Assembly: GCA_041662745.1 (NCBI GenBank) | Contig: JBAZRV010000004.1 | Location: 6,315-70,314 of the forward strand | Reading direction: 5' to 3' | Origin: Patescibacteria group bacterium | GTDB taxonomy: Bacteria; Patescibacteriota; Patescibacteriia; 2-01-FULL-39-33 | DNA length: 64,000 nucleotides | Part shown: in pieces, positions 1-8,181 of the stretch | Position numbering within the stretch: the stretch's first letter is position 1 | Layout of the letters: every line of letters starts with the position of its first letter | Program-made: the position numbers and the translations under genes | The notes under the pieces: generated by a model | What the model was told of the DNA's origin: nothing | Seen by the model: the letters and a program-made list of their open reading frames with translations, nothing else | Databases searched by the model: none

Positions 1-168
1 TGTTGTAATTTAATACAAATAGCATAAAATTATTATCAAAAAACTCTAATTTTAGATAAAATTTACATTTTCCTCAATAACTATCGATTTTCAGCTCTTG
101 ACAAAATTTTGACGATATGCTATAATTACCTATTAAAATAGTTCATTAAAGCAGTGTAAATTAATATG

Positions 169-292
169 AGGCGAGCGCTTTGCAGGCCATAAATAATGGT
201 TTTCAGAGCGCTCGCCTCATTCCGGGGCAAAAGCCGCCAGTCCGAGCGATTCGGGCAAGTCAGCAGTACCAATCAAGAAAGGAAGGTATGCC
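169..292 (+). promoter_or_regulatory. Conserved 5' leader hairpin of DGR target gene A (GAGGCGAGCGCTTT...AGAGCGCTCGCCTCATTCCGGGGCAA). A paralogous leader precedes gene B at 1227-1290. A candidate -10 CTATAATTACC lies at about 120.
   Basis: A 14-bp stem followed by the conserved single-stranded tail TCATTCCGRGRCAA is present upstream of both paralogs. The stem sequences differ but the structure is kept, which looks like compensatory change. Confidence 0.35.
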
Positions 293-1066
293 ATGGGTAA
301 TCCCACGGTGAGCCGTACCCTGTCGGTACACAAGGAACACGAAGTATTATTGAAACTGGAAGCCGCCGGCCTCGATGACGATCTGGCCCAAAAAGTCATT
401 GACTCCAAAGACAACGACTTGGCCATGAAAGTCATCCGGCTGATTCAGAACGGCGGATTCGAAGCGACCACGAGCCAGAAACGCGCCCGCGAAATCATGG
501 GCACGAACATGTTCGGCGTCGAGGAAGCTATCCTCCATTTCGGCGTCAATCCCAGCAAAGCGCAACTGGCCGCTCTCTCCGAGATTCCGTTCTCCGAGGC
601 GGTACTCGCTCAATGCAAAGACACGCACGTTTTGGTGGCAATCTTCCCGCTGTCCATCCTGGAGATCCGCGGCAAGGTAAAGCGCGGTCTGTTCTACAGC
701 TACGAGGACTCCTGGTATAACAAACAGTCGTTCGCGAAAGACCGCGGCGAAGTGGGTTGGCAACTCGTGCGCAAAACGCCGGTTGACAACTCAACGGCGA
801 AGAACTGGACGGAACAGCAAGCGTTGCTGGGCAAGGAAGACGAGACGCCGACCGCCCAGGTTCTGGCCTACACCATCATCGGGCATTTCCTGGCCACAGG
901 CGAACGGCTGTTCGAAAAGATCTACGTCCGTACGTCCACTGTGGTTTTGGTCGGCGGCCGCGTCCACCTCGGCTTCTTCGATGCTGCCGGCCTCGGGGTC
1001 TACGGCCGCTGGGCTGACGATCGCCATGGCGCTCTGGCCGTCTCCTCCGCCCGGAAGTCCAACTGA
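293..1066 (+). CDS. DGR target protein A, 257 aa, of unknown fold. Its C-terminal 38 codons are the variable repeat VR1a.
   Basis: Complete ORF whose 3' end (940-1054) aligns with TR1 (2522-2636). Every mismatch falls at a TR adenine. It is a paralog of the 1370-2149 ORF, sharing the REIMGTNMFGVEEA...GWQLVRKTPV core. Confidence 0.75.
   Translation: MGNPTVSRTLSVHKEHEVLLKLEAAGLDDDLAQKVIDSKDNDLAMKVIRLIQNGGFEATTSQKRAREIMGTNMFGVEEAILHFGVNPSKAQLAALSEIPFSEAVLAQCKDTHVLVAIFPLSILEIRGKVKRGLFYSYEDSWYNKQSFAKDRGEVGWQLVRKTPVDNSTAKNWTEQQALLGKEDETPTAQVLAYTIIGHFLATGERLFEKIYVRTSTVVLVGGRVHLGFFDAAGLGVYGRWADDRHGALAVSSARKSN
940..1054 (+). repeat. DGR variable repeat VR1a
   Basis: 115-bp near-copy of TR1. Differences occur only where TR1 has A, for example TR AAC vs VR GGC/CAC/TTC. 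The 3' GC-rich end GGCCGTCTCCTCCGCCCGG is identical in TR1 and both VRs, consistent with an IMH-like element. Confidence 0.8.
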
Positions 1067-1078
1067 ACCTTGAATCTT

Positions 1079-1140
1079 TGAGGGCTTGACCCTCTTGATT
1101 CCTTGAGCCTTCGGCGCGAATTTTTTTCGTCGCCGAAGGC
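1079..1140 (+). promoter_or_regulatory. Hairpin pair downstream of VR1a: GAGGG-CTTGA-CCCTC and GCCTTCGGCG...CGCCGAAGGC. It may be a DGR-associated stem-loop and/or a terminator. The same pair recurs at 2162-2222 after VR1b.
   Basis: Inverted repeats read directly from the sequence. The same structure occurs after both VR-bearing genes. Confidence 0.4.
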
Positions 1141-1369
1141 TCACTTCTTTCCTACTATAACCATTGATAGTTTAATAATATTAGTAATTGTCCCTTAAAA
1201 TAAATGTGATAAAAAAATAGATTGAAATGAGCGTTTTGGATGCCAAAGAATTTTGGTTTCTAAAACGCTCGTCTCATTCCGAGACAAGACGTAACAACGG
1301 GATCGTATTCCCATTTCTAGTCGCCCCAAACAAAAAAAACAAGGGGCTAACAGAAAAGGAGCACATACC

Positions 1370-2149
1370 ATGAAGTGGACAGAAATCCTTGCAGGAGAAT
1401 TGCATGCAGCCGAGCAACGCCTCAGGGTCGCCTTGGGCGACAAGGCCAGCGAAGTTGTCGAGAAAATCAACAGCGATGCCGCTTTTGCGGACTCGGTCGC
1501 CGCGCAAATCATTATGATGGCGGGCGAGGCTGACAAAAGTTCCACCAGCTTGAACCCGCAATGGTTGCGCGCCCGCGAAATCATGGGCACGAATATGTTC
1601 GGCGTCGAAGAAGCCATGAAGCATTTCGGCGTCAATCCCAGCAAAGCACAGCTCGCCGCTCTCGCCGAGATTCCCTTCTCGGAGGCAGTGCTCGAACAGT
1701 GCAAGAACACGCATGTCCTGGTTGCGGTCTTTCCGCTGTCGATTCTCGACATCCGGAGCAAGGCCAATGTCAAGAAGCTGTTCTACGACCAGTCGTGGTA
1801 CAATGGCGAGTCCTTCGCCAAAAGCCGCGGCAAGATCGGCTGGCAACTCGTGCGCAAAACGCCGGTTAGCAACTCAACGTCAAAGAATTGGAGCGAACAG
1901 CAAGCTCTGATCAGTCAAGACGATGAAACGCCGACCGCCCAGGTTCTGGCCTACACCATCATCGGGCATTTCCTGGCCACGGGTGAACGGCTGTTCGAAC
2001 GCATTTACGTCCGTACATCGTCTGTGGGTTCGGGCGGCAGCCGCGTCCCCCTCGGCGACTTCGCTGCTGCCGGCCTCCGGGTCTACGGCAGCTGGGATGA
2101 CCATCGCGATGGCGATCTGGCCGTCTCCTCCGCCCGGAAGTCCAACTGA
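1370..2149 (+). CDS. DGR target protein B, 259 aa, a tandem paralog of target A. Its C-terminal VR1b spans 2023-2137.
   Basis: The core is about 80% identical to ORF 293-1066, with a divergent N-terminal 65 aa. The 3' 115 bp match TR1 with about 16 substitutions, all at TR adenines. Confidence 0.75.
   Translation: MKWTEILAGELHAAEQRLRVALGDKASEVVEKINSDAAFADSVAAQIIMMAGEADKSSTSLNPQWLRAREIMGTNMFGVEEAMKHFGVNPSKAQLAALAEIPFSEAVLEQCKNTHVLVAVFPLSILDIRSKANVKKLFYDQSWYNGESFAKSRGKIGWQLVRKTPVSNSTSKNWSEQQALISQDDETPTAQVLAYTIIGHFLATGERLFERIYVRTSSVGSGGSRVPLGDFAAAGLRVYGSWDDHRDGDLAVSSARKSN
2023..2137 (+). repeat. DGR variable repeat VR1b
   Basis: Same structure as VR1a. All mismatches against TR1 are at A positions: AAC-AAC-AAC in TR1 becomes TAC-GGC-AGC. 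Confidence 0.8.
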
Positions 2150-2521
2150 ACCTTGAATCTTTGAGGGCTTGACCCTCTTGATTCCTTGAGCCTTCGGCGC
2201 GAATTTTTTCGCAATGCCGGAGGCTTATTTTCTTTTTAAACTATTTTTTGCTATAATTATTTTGTTCGCTAATGCAGGCGCGGTTACGGCTTCGCCTCGC
2301 GGACAGCTCATCTTTTTGAGACGTCACCAGAGTATCGCCGTCCACGGATTGCGATAGCGTGTGATAAAAAGATTGAGATGGAACTTCTTGCCCGCTCTTA
2401 GTGGAGGTGATCTTACGCTATCTGCTCCCGAATAAAATACAGGAGAGAAAGGACATAGGCCTGTTTTTTAATAGGCAGTAAACCTTAATTTCCAGTGATC
2501 CTGGCGAGAGCTGGCAAATAA

Positions 2522-2636
2522 TGTGGATTCGGACGGCAACCGCGTCAACCTCGGCAACTTCGATGCTACCGGCCTCAAGGTCAACAACAACTGGGATGAC
2601 AATCGCAATGGCGATCTGGCCGTCTCCTCCGCCCGG
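2522..2636 (+). repeat. DGR template repeat TR1, the 3' remnant of a third copy of the target gene. It is noncoding and asparagine(AAC)-rich in the target reading frame.
   Basis: Translates as DSDGNRVNLGNFDATGLKVNNNWDDNRNGDLAVSSAR, with AAC codons at every position that varies in VR1a and VR1b. The upstream gene body is degraded and no start codon remains. A hairpin AACACCCTCCTG-TTAC-AGGAGGGTGTT follows at 2659-2686. Confidence 0.8.
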
Positions 2637-2700
2637 CACTTCCATCTTTTCTTACTAAAACACCCTCCTGTTACAGGAGGGTGTTTCCATTTATTATGGC

Positions 2701-3348
2701 CTACAATTCCTTAGTTGACTTAATCCAGCCGCCGAGCATTCGGCCGACTTCATCGACATCCTGTTGCAATGTCACGTACTTATTAGCCGCTAAGGATTTA
2801 GTTTCTTTCATCAGCCGCAAGAATATCCTGAGGAAATTCAGCTTTAAGCTGGCTTTTTGCAAAACCGGCAGCTTGTCTGTTTTGGACAGCTGGCTGGCCA
2901 GCAATATGCTTTCCAAAATATCCAACAGGACATTTTCACAGCGCTGCCACAAAGTGTAGCGGTCTTGCTTAGCCACGCTTTTCCTGAGGATATAAAATTG
3001 CTTGTAGAGATCATAGATTTTTTTAAAGATCGGTATGTCAAAATCTTCCATATAATTATGAAAATTTATAAAGATATTTATAATGAGATGATTTCCCTGG
3101 AGAATTTGTTTTCCGCCTGGGATAAGTTCAAGATTGGCAATTTTTGCTGGAGTTGGATTTTCCTGATCAATGCTATAATAATTATTATATGCGATTAAAA
3201 CTAAACGCCCATCATCACCCCTTAATATTTTTAAAAGACCCAACTCTTGGTCAAGAATAATCTGACCTACAAGATTAAATTCAGTTATTTCGAATGATAC
3301 AAATTCATCCATATAATTATAATTAATACCTGTATTGAATATTACCAA
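2701..3348 (-). CDS. avd: Avd-like four-helix-bundle protein (23S rRNA IVS protein family) with an in-frame 99-aa N-terminal extension. The Avd module probably starts at the internal Met (2701-3051).
   Basis: The C-terminal 116 aa (IFKKIYDLYKQFYILRKS...DEVGRMLGGWIKS) resemble the four-helix-bundle/Avd family. It is paralogous to ORF 52348-52869 (NEIGRMLGGWRKR). It lies convergent with and immediately downstream of TR1. Confidence 0.6.
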   Translation of the reverse strand: MVIFNTGINYNYMDEFVSFEITEFNLVGQIILDQELGLLKILRGDDGRLVLIAYNNYYSIDQENPTPAKIANLELIPGGKQILQGNHLIINIFINFHNYMEDFDIPIFKKIYDLYKQFYILRKSVAKQDRYTLWQRCENVLLDILESILLASQLSKTDKLPVLQKASLKLNFLRIFLRLMKETKSLAANKYVTLQQDVDEVGRMLGGWIKSTKEL

Positions 3349-3460
3349 AAAATCGCCATTTAGGCGATTTTATTTAGCTAACAAAATAATATACATATAC
3401 TATTTGAGTCGCCCCACCATCATAGGACGGTGAGTCGGCTCCGATACTTAGTTCTACTAC

Positions 3461-3562
3461 CGGTGTGTTTACAAAAAAATTCGAACCGATTTCACCCCCA
3501 AAAATTGATGAGCGGGCGGATTTCCTCCCCCAACCCCTCCATCCGCCCGCCCTTTCGGATTT
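3461..3562. repeat. Inverted repeat IR-A, left arm of a perfect 102-bp pair. The right arm is 5069-5174.
   Basis: An exact reverse-complement match of about 102 bp (GGTGTGTTTACAAAAAAATTCGAACCGATTTCACCCCCAAAAATTGATGAGCGGGCGGATTTCC...) flanks the HTH and 378-aa genes. Confidence 0.85.
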
Positions 3563-3569
3563 GCGATTT

Positions 3570-4706
3570 TCAGTTTTTCTTTGGCGACAAATTCTTTTTT
3601 TCTAGCATTCTTACCACCTTAAAATCCGTAGTGATTATTGGAATATTACTTGGTATGACATCTAATATTTCTTGTGGTATCTGCTCAATATCTTTGTTGA
3701 TAACAACCGCTACAAAATCTTTCGGTGATATATTACCAATTACTCCCATATCACCCTCACTATTTTCTAATGGCCCTAGAGTATGATGTTTGTTTGGGAC
3801 TTTAAATAAAATTGATAAATCATCCCAAAAGTATTTTTTCATCTCACCGGTTTGTTCATAATCGCTTTTTACTAACTCTGGTGGATAGGTTGAAATCATG
3901 TTGGTTCCAAAAAGTAAATCCGCCATATTCCTAAAGGGGTCATCATATATTTCGAAATCCTCTTTATTTTTAGGCTCCCATCGGCTTCTCCAATTTTCCT
4001 TTTTCAAACGTTCAAATGCAAACTTAGCTAGAGGTGAACTAAAAAAATATGTCTTTATAGACTGATACACCTTATCAGTTGTTTCTTTTTTTCTTTCATC
4101 TCTTATTTCTGGCGTAACCAATAACCAGTCTTGAGCGTAATCTTCTTGTATCGTTTCAATCAAGATATTTGAAAATTCATCGCTGTTTACCATTTCGTCG
4201 TAACTTATGCTATCTAAATTAGCTCCATCGTGAACCCTTTTGTCTAAAAAGATCGACATTGCGCGAATCATCGATTTGCCAAGCTTTCCCCGCTCATGTT
4301 GTACTTCTGGACCATAGCCACCAATAGGAAAATTAACAGCATAACCCTCTTTTTGTAATCGAATTTTCCGATGGCTCAAAATTCCTTGCCCAAAATAACT
4401 TTTTAATTTATTTAAAAGTTCCTCTATTCGCACAATATCTTTTTCATTACGATCTTCAGGCGCTGCATTCAACATCTTAATTAGTCCTCCTACGAATCTA
4501 TAGCCACTGTGCTGAGCAACCTTCCTATCGGAAATTAATTGTTTAATTTCTTCAATTAATATTCTCTCATTTTCTTCTCTTTCATTATTATTTAAATCAG
4601 GACTTTCTCCGCTCATTAGCCCATCAAAACCCGCCTCATTTTCAGTTGGATACTCAAGGCCTTGAATAAAATCTTCTTCTTGTTTTGGTTGCTCGAGTTT
4701 TGGCAT
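3570..4706 (-). CDS. Hypothetical protein, 378 aa, acidic, with no recognisable motifs. It is cargo of the IR-A cassette.
   Basis: Complete ORF directly downstream of the HTH gene, with a 5-bp gap between them. It has no RT or nuclease signature I can recognise. Confidence 0.5.
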   Translation of the reverse strand: MPKLEQPKQEEDFIQGLEYPTENEAGFDGLMSGESPDLNNNEREENERILIEEIKQLISDRKVAQHSGYRFVGGLIKMLNAAPEDRNEKDIVRIEELLNKLKSYFGQGILSHRKIRLQKEGYAVNFPIGGYGPEVQHERGKLGKSMIRAMSIFLDKRVHDGANLDSISYDEMVNSDEFSNILIETIQEDYAQDWLLVTPEIRDERKKETTDKVYQSIKTYFFSSPLAKFAFERLKKENWRSRWEPKNKEDFEIYDDPFRNMADLLFGTNMISTYPPELVKSDYEQTGEMKKYFWDDLSILFKVPNKHHTLGPLENSEGDMGVIGNISPKDFVAVVINKDIEQIPQEILDVIPSNIPIITTDFKVVRMLEKKNLSPKKN

Positions 4707-4711
4707 ATTTG

Positions 4712-4924
4712 TTATTTTATTAAATCATCAACCGTAACCCCTAACCCTTTGGCAATTTTTGCCATAGTTTCAATCGTGGGATTGGGCGTAGCCCCCGATT
4801 CAATTTTAATTATTACATTATAAGCAATATCAGCCCTTTTCGAAAGTCCATCTTGAGAAATACCTAGTTTATCTCGGCATTTTTTAATATTCCTGGCTAT
4901 TGTTGGCAATTCACTTTGTTTCAT
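4712..4924 (-). CDS. XRE-family helix-turn-helix transcriptional regulator, 70 aa
   Basis: ARNIKKCRDKLGISQDGLSKRADIAYNVIIKIESG is a typical HTH_XRE (Cro/C1) motif. It sits upstream of and is co-oriented with the 378-aa ORF. Confidence 0.7.
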   Translation of the reverse strand: MKQSELPTIARNIKKCRDKLGISQDGLSKRADIAYNVIIKIESGATPNPTIETMAKIAKGLGVTVDDLIK

Positions 4925-5068
4925 AGTATAATTATACTAGTATAGTAGTTAAACAAGTTTTACTACTATAACTTTATCAAAATTCATGGATTTTATCAAT
5001 AATTTTTTTAAGCCCGCTTTTGGCCAAAATGAAGTTCGAGCCGATATTTTTTCCAGGTTCTTTGGCGG

Positions 5069-5174
5069 TTTTCAATCCGAAAGGGCGGGCGGATGGAGGG
5101 GTTGGGGGAGGAAATCCGCCCGCTCATCAATTTTTGGGGGTGAAATCGGTTCGAATTTTTTTGTAAACACACCG
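5069..5174. repeat. Inverted repeat IR-A, right arm
   Basis: Reverse complement of 3461-3562. It abuts and overlaps by 3 nt the left arm of IR-B. Confidence 0.85.
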
Positions 5175-5258
5175 CCAATCGGTATTTGCCCAATTTTCGG
5201 GCAGAAGTTTCAGAATTCGCCAACCAGTTTTGGCCTGAAATTCAAATTTTTTGGCTTC
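5172..5258. repeat. Inverted repeat IR-B, left arm of a perfect 87-bp pair. The right arm is 6683-6769.
   Basis: CCGCCAATCGGTATTTGCCCAATTTTCGGGCAGAAGTTTCAGAATTCGCC...GGCTTC matches the reverse complement exactly at 6683-6769. Confidence 0.85.
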
Positions 5259-5320
5259 TGATTCTTAAAGAATTGCCAAAAGCGGGCTTTAAAAAAATTA
5301 TTAGTTTTAATCTTAAATAT

Positions 5321-6823
5321 ATGAAGTACTTTATTTACGCTCGCAAGTCCACTGACAGCGAAGAACGGCAGATCTTAAGCATTGAATCCCAGATTGCTGA
5401 GTTGTATGAATTTGCCGCCAAAGAAAAACTGGAAATCGCCGCTTCGCTGTGCGAAGCGAAAACCGCCAAAGAACCTGGCCGAACTGTGTTCGGAGAAATG
5501 CTGGATCGGATTTGCGCCGGCGAAGCCGGAGGAATTTTGGCTTGGCACCCGGATCGGCTGGCTAGAAATTCAATTGACGGAGGCAAAATCATTTATCTTT
5601 TGGACACAGGCCAGATCAAAGACCTAAAGTTTCCCACATTTTGGTTTGACAGCACACCGCAAGGAAAATTCATGATGAACATTGCCTTTGGCCAAAGCAA
5701 GTATTACATCGACAATTTAAGCGAGAATATACGGCGAGGCCATCGGGCTAAACTAAGAAAAGGGATTTGGCCAGTCTTTGCCCCGCTTGGCTATCTAAAT
5801 AATCACAGGACCAAAGGCATAGAATTAGACAGGGAAAGGGCGCCTTTGGTCAAAAAATGCTTTGAGCTATACGCTACGGGCGAATATACCCTCAAAGCCC
5901 TAAGAGATGTAATCAGCCAAGCGGGGCTAAGAAGCTACCGAGGCAATGTTCTGGCCGTGGCCTGTGTCCAAAGAATGCTCAAGAACTCGATCTACTATGG
6001 CCTATTCAAATTTAACGACGAATTGCATGAGGGAACGCACGAGCCGATTATTTCCAAGAAACTTTTTGATGAAGCTCAACAAGTAATGAGTAATCGAGGC
6101 AAGAAGAAACGAAAGCGAAAACACGAATTTGCTTTTTCTGGATTAATGAAATGTGGGGTCTGCGATTGCCTCATAACGGCGGAAAAACAAAAAGGCCATA
6201 ATTACTATCGTTGCACCAAGAAAAAACAAACCTGCGACGAAAAATGTCTGCGCGAAGAATTACTTGTTGAACAGATGAAAGAGATAATTCAAAAAGTTTC
6301 TTTGCCTGACGATTGGGCAAAAAATATGCTCGCCGAGATTGAGTTGGAACGAGAACAAGCAAGAAAAGACGGCATGATTTTTGGGCAAAAACTGGAAGTG
6401 AGAAAAACAGAAATCGAGCAAACCATGGAACGACTGCTTGATTTGTTTATTGAAGGCAAGCATATCGAGCCAGAGGAATATCACGCTAAAAAACAAAAAC
6501 TTCTCATCGAGAAGTGTGAGCTTAATCAACAAATCAAGGATTTTGCCCAAAAAGGAAATAATTGGCTCGAACCCATGAAAGAAATGATTTTAGCCAGCAG
6601 CCAAGCCAAAATTCTATTGTCGCGAGGCGACAATTCGCAAATCCGAGCATTTCTAAAAAATATCGGCTCGAACTTCATTTTGGAAGCCAAAAAATTTGAA
6701 TTTCAGGCCAAAACTGGTTGGCGAATTCTGAAACTTCTGCCCGAAAATTGGGCAAATACCGATTGGCGGAGAGAGAGGGATTCGAACCCTCGGTACGCCC
6801 ATAATAGACGTACAACGGTTTAG
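5321..6823 (+). CDS. Large serine recombinase: resolvase/invertase catalytic domain, recombinase domain and zinc ribbon. The C-terminus is encoded within IR-B and the tRNA-Ser 3' end.
   Basis: N-terminal YARKSTDSEERQILSIESQ...HPDRLARN is a serine-recombinase catalytic motif. CGVCDC...YYRCTKKK is a Zn ribbon. The ORF reads through the IR-B right arm into the tRNA. Confidence 0.8.
   Translation: MKYFIYARKSTDSEERQILSIESQIAELYEFAAKEKLEIAASLCEAKTAKEPGRTVFGEMLDRICAGEAGGILAWHPDRLARNSIDGGKIIYLLDTGQIKDLKFPTFWFDSTPQGKFMMNIAFGQSKYYIDNLSENIRRGHRAKLRKGIWPVFAPLGYLNNHRTKGIELDRERAPLVKKCFELYATGEYTLKALRDVISQAGLRSYRGNVLAVACVQRMLKNSIYYGLFKFNDELHEGTHEPIISKKLFDEAQQVMSNRGKKKRKRKHEFAFSGLMKCGVCDCLITAEKQKGHNYYRCTKKKQTCDEKCLREELLVEQMKEIIQKVSLPDDWAKNMLAEIELEREQARKDGMIFGQKLEVRKTEIEQTMERLLDLFIEGKHIEPEEYHAKKQKLLIEKCELNQQIKDFAQKGNNWLEPMKEMILASSQAKILLSRGDNSQIRAFLKNIGSNFILEAKKFEFQAKTGWRILKLLPENWANTDWRRERDSNPRYAHNRRTTV
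6683..6769. repeat. Inverted repeat IR-B, right arm. It overlaps the 3' end of tRNA-Ser by 6 nt.
   Basis: Exact reverse complement of 5172-5258. Confidence 0.85.
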
Positions 6824-6858
6824 CAAACCGCCGCCTTCAGCCACTCGGCCATCTCTCC
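6764..6858 (-). tRNA. tRNA-Ser (anticodon GCU) with a long variable arm
   Basis: The reverse complement reads GGAGAGATGGCCGAGTGGCTGAAGGCGGCGGTTTGCTAAACCG...GGGTTCGAATCCCTCTCTCTCCGCCA. The anticodon loop is TT-GCT-AA, and CCA is encoded. Confidence 0.8.
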
Positions 6859-6917
6859 AAACAACACGACTTGCTTATTCTATCATAAAACCATACTTAT
6901 TGTAAAGCCCTCCCGAA

Positions 6918-7577
6918 CTACGCAGCTAAGACAAAACCGCTAATTTCAGCAAATCCTGCGGTTTTTAATGTGTCGGCGCATTCACGTAAGGTTGAGCCGG
7001 TAGTCAAAACATCATCAACTAAGATTATCCTTTTACCCCAGTTATCGCTTAAACAATCCAAATTGACTTGAAATGCCCCAATTACATTCTGCTCCCTGTT
7101 TTCTTGCGTCTGGCCGACTTGCGGCTTATGATAAACGACTCGCCGAAGCAAATCCGGACAAACCAATAAAGAAGAATTGGTAGCGGCTAAAGCCCTGGCG
7201 ATTACTTCCGCCTGATTGAACCCCCGCCAGAGATACCGACGGCGATGCAAAGGCACCGGGACCAAAACGGCCGGAAGATCATCTGTTTGTACTGATATTT
7301 TTTCTTTCTTTATTAACTGATGAACAGTGCGGGACAAGTCAAAGGCAAAATTATATTTTAAAGCGGCAATAATCCTGTCAATAAGCGGCTGTTCATAATC
7401 AAATAAAGCCTTAACCTTGATAAAATTAGCGCCAACAGGCAGAATCAATTGCCTTTCCCTGCTTGGCAATGTTGCTAAGCATTTTTCACACAGCCACTCA
7501 CCTTCCTGATGGCAATTCAAACAATAACGCGGGAACAGCAAGTCAACGATTTGCTCTTTAAAACCGCTTATTGCCAT
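6918..7577 (-). CDS. comFC: ComF family protein (ComFC, phosphoribosyltransferase-like)
   Basis: An N-terminal CxxC...CxxC zinc finger is followed by the PRTase signature ILVDDVLTTGST. Confidence 0.75.
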   Translation of the reverse strand: MAISGFKEQIVDLLFPRYCLNCHQEGEWLCEKCLATLPSRERQLILPVGANFIKVKALFDYEQPLIDRIIAALKYNFAFDLSRTVHQLIKKEKISVQTDDLPAVLVPVPLHRRRYLWRGFNQAEVIARALAATNSSLLVCPDLLRRVVYHKPQVGQTQENREQNVIGAFQVNLDCLSDNWGKRIILVDDVLTTGSTLRECADTLKTAGFAEISGFVLAA

Positions 7578-8137
7578 TTAGCTTGGTTTACCAACCATTC
7601 CGTGCCCGATTTGATGAAATTAAGCTGTAAATTACGATAATAAACATTAGGCGTAATGCCATCGCCGCTGGTCTGTGAAACTTGAGTTTTCACTACTACC
7701 GTCGCCGAGTCTGTTTTGACGCTTTGCAAATCGGCAGAAAGCGCCTTAACCGAGTAACCGGAAAAACCGGCAGCGCCGATAACCGGAGATTGAGCTAAAG
7801 ACGCCTTATACATTGTCGGGGTCATTAACGATTCCAAATCCTTGATATTCTTTTGCGGTTCATCAGTGGAATAACTGCCATAACGTTCGGCAAAAGACAT
7901 GGCTAACTGCTTTAGTCCGATAGGATATTGGTTTTCCTGCTCCAATCGCTCCGGTGGCGTAGCCGGCAGACCGAAGGCGGCGGCGTTACCGCTCGTTTCT
8001 ACCTGCGGCGTAGATCCGGGCTGTTGATTTACCGGCGTTTTTTGCGGTCTGAAGACTAACCACAAAACTATAATTAATGCTACCGCTATGGCAACAGCCA
8101 AAATAATTAACACTACTCGTCGTCGATCTTCAAACAT
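7568..8137 (-). CDS. Hypothetical single-pass membrane protein, 189 aa. It may be a VirB8-like T4SS component.
   Basis: An N-terminal TM helix is followed by a 150-aa extracytoplasmic domain. It sits inside the T4SS-like operon. There is no sequence-level proof of VirB8. Confidence 0.3.
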   Translation of the reverse strand: MFEDRRRVVLIILAVAIAVALIIVLWLVFRPQKTPVNQQPGSTPQVETSGNAAAFGLPATPPERLEQENQYPIGLKQLAMSFAERYGSYSTDEPQKNIKDLESLMTPTMYKASLAQSPVIGAAGFSGYSVKALSADLQSVKTDSATVVVKTQVSQTSGDGITPNVYYRNLQLNFIKSGTEWLVNQAKWQ

Positions 8138-8181
8138 ATGGAAAATTAGATTATTTTATCTATAATAATAATTGAATATCG

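Larger units (their letters stand above)
3461..6769. mobile_element. Putative tRNA-Ser-associated integrative or invertible element. It consists of two adjacent perfect-IR cassettes: recombinase, and HTH + 378-aa protein.
   Basis: A large serine recombinase abuts the tRNA 3' end. The perfect 87-bp and 102-bp IRs imply recent formation or active recombination. Confidence 0.45.

Noticed and set aside
1107-1140. Simple rho-independent terminator after DGR target gene A
   Set aside because: The U-run lies inside the loop rather than after the stem. It is kept as a possible DGR-associated hairpin instead.
2523-2714. 63-aa ORF
   Set aside because: It is TR1, the remnant 3' end of a degraded third target gene copy. 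It has no promoter or gene body.
3430-3786. ORFs 3430-3786(+), 4986-5261(+), 5008-5223(-) and 6653-6844(-) with repeated peptide strings
   Set aside because: They are translations of the IR-A and IR-B inverted repeats. Their similarity reflects DNA repeats, not protein paralogy.
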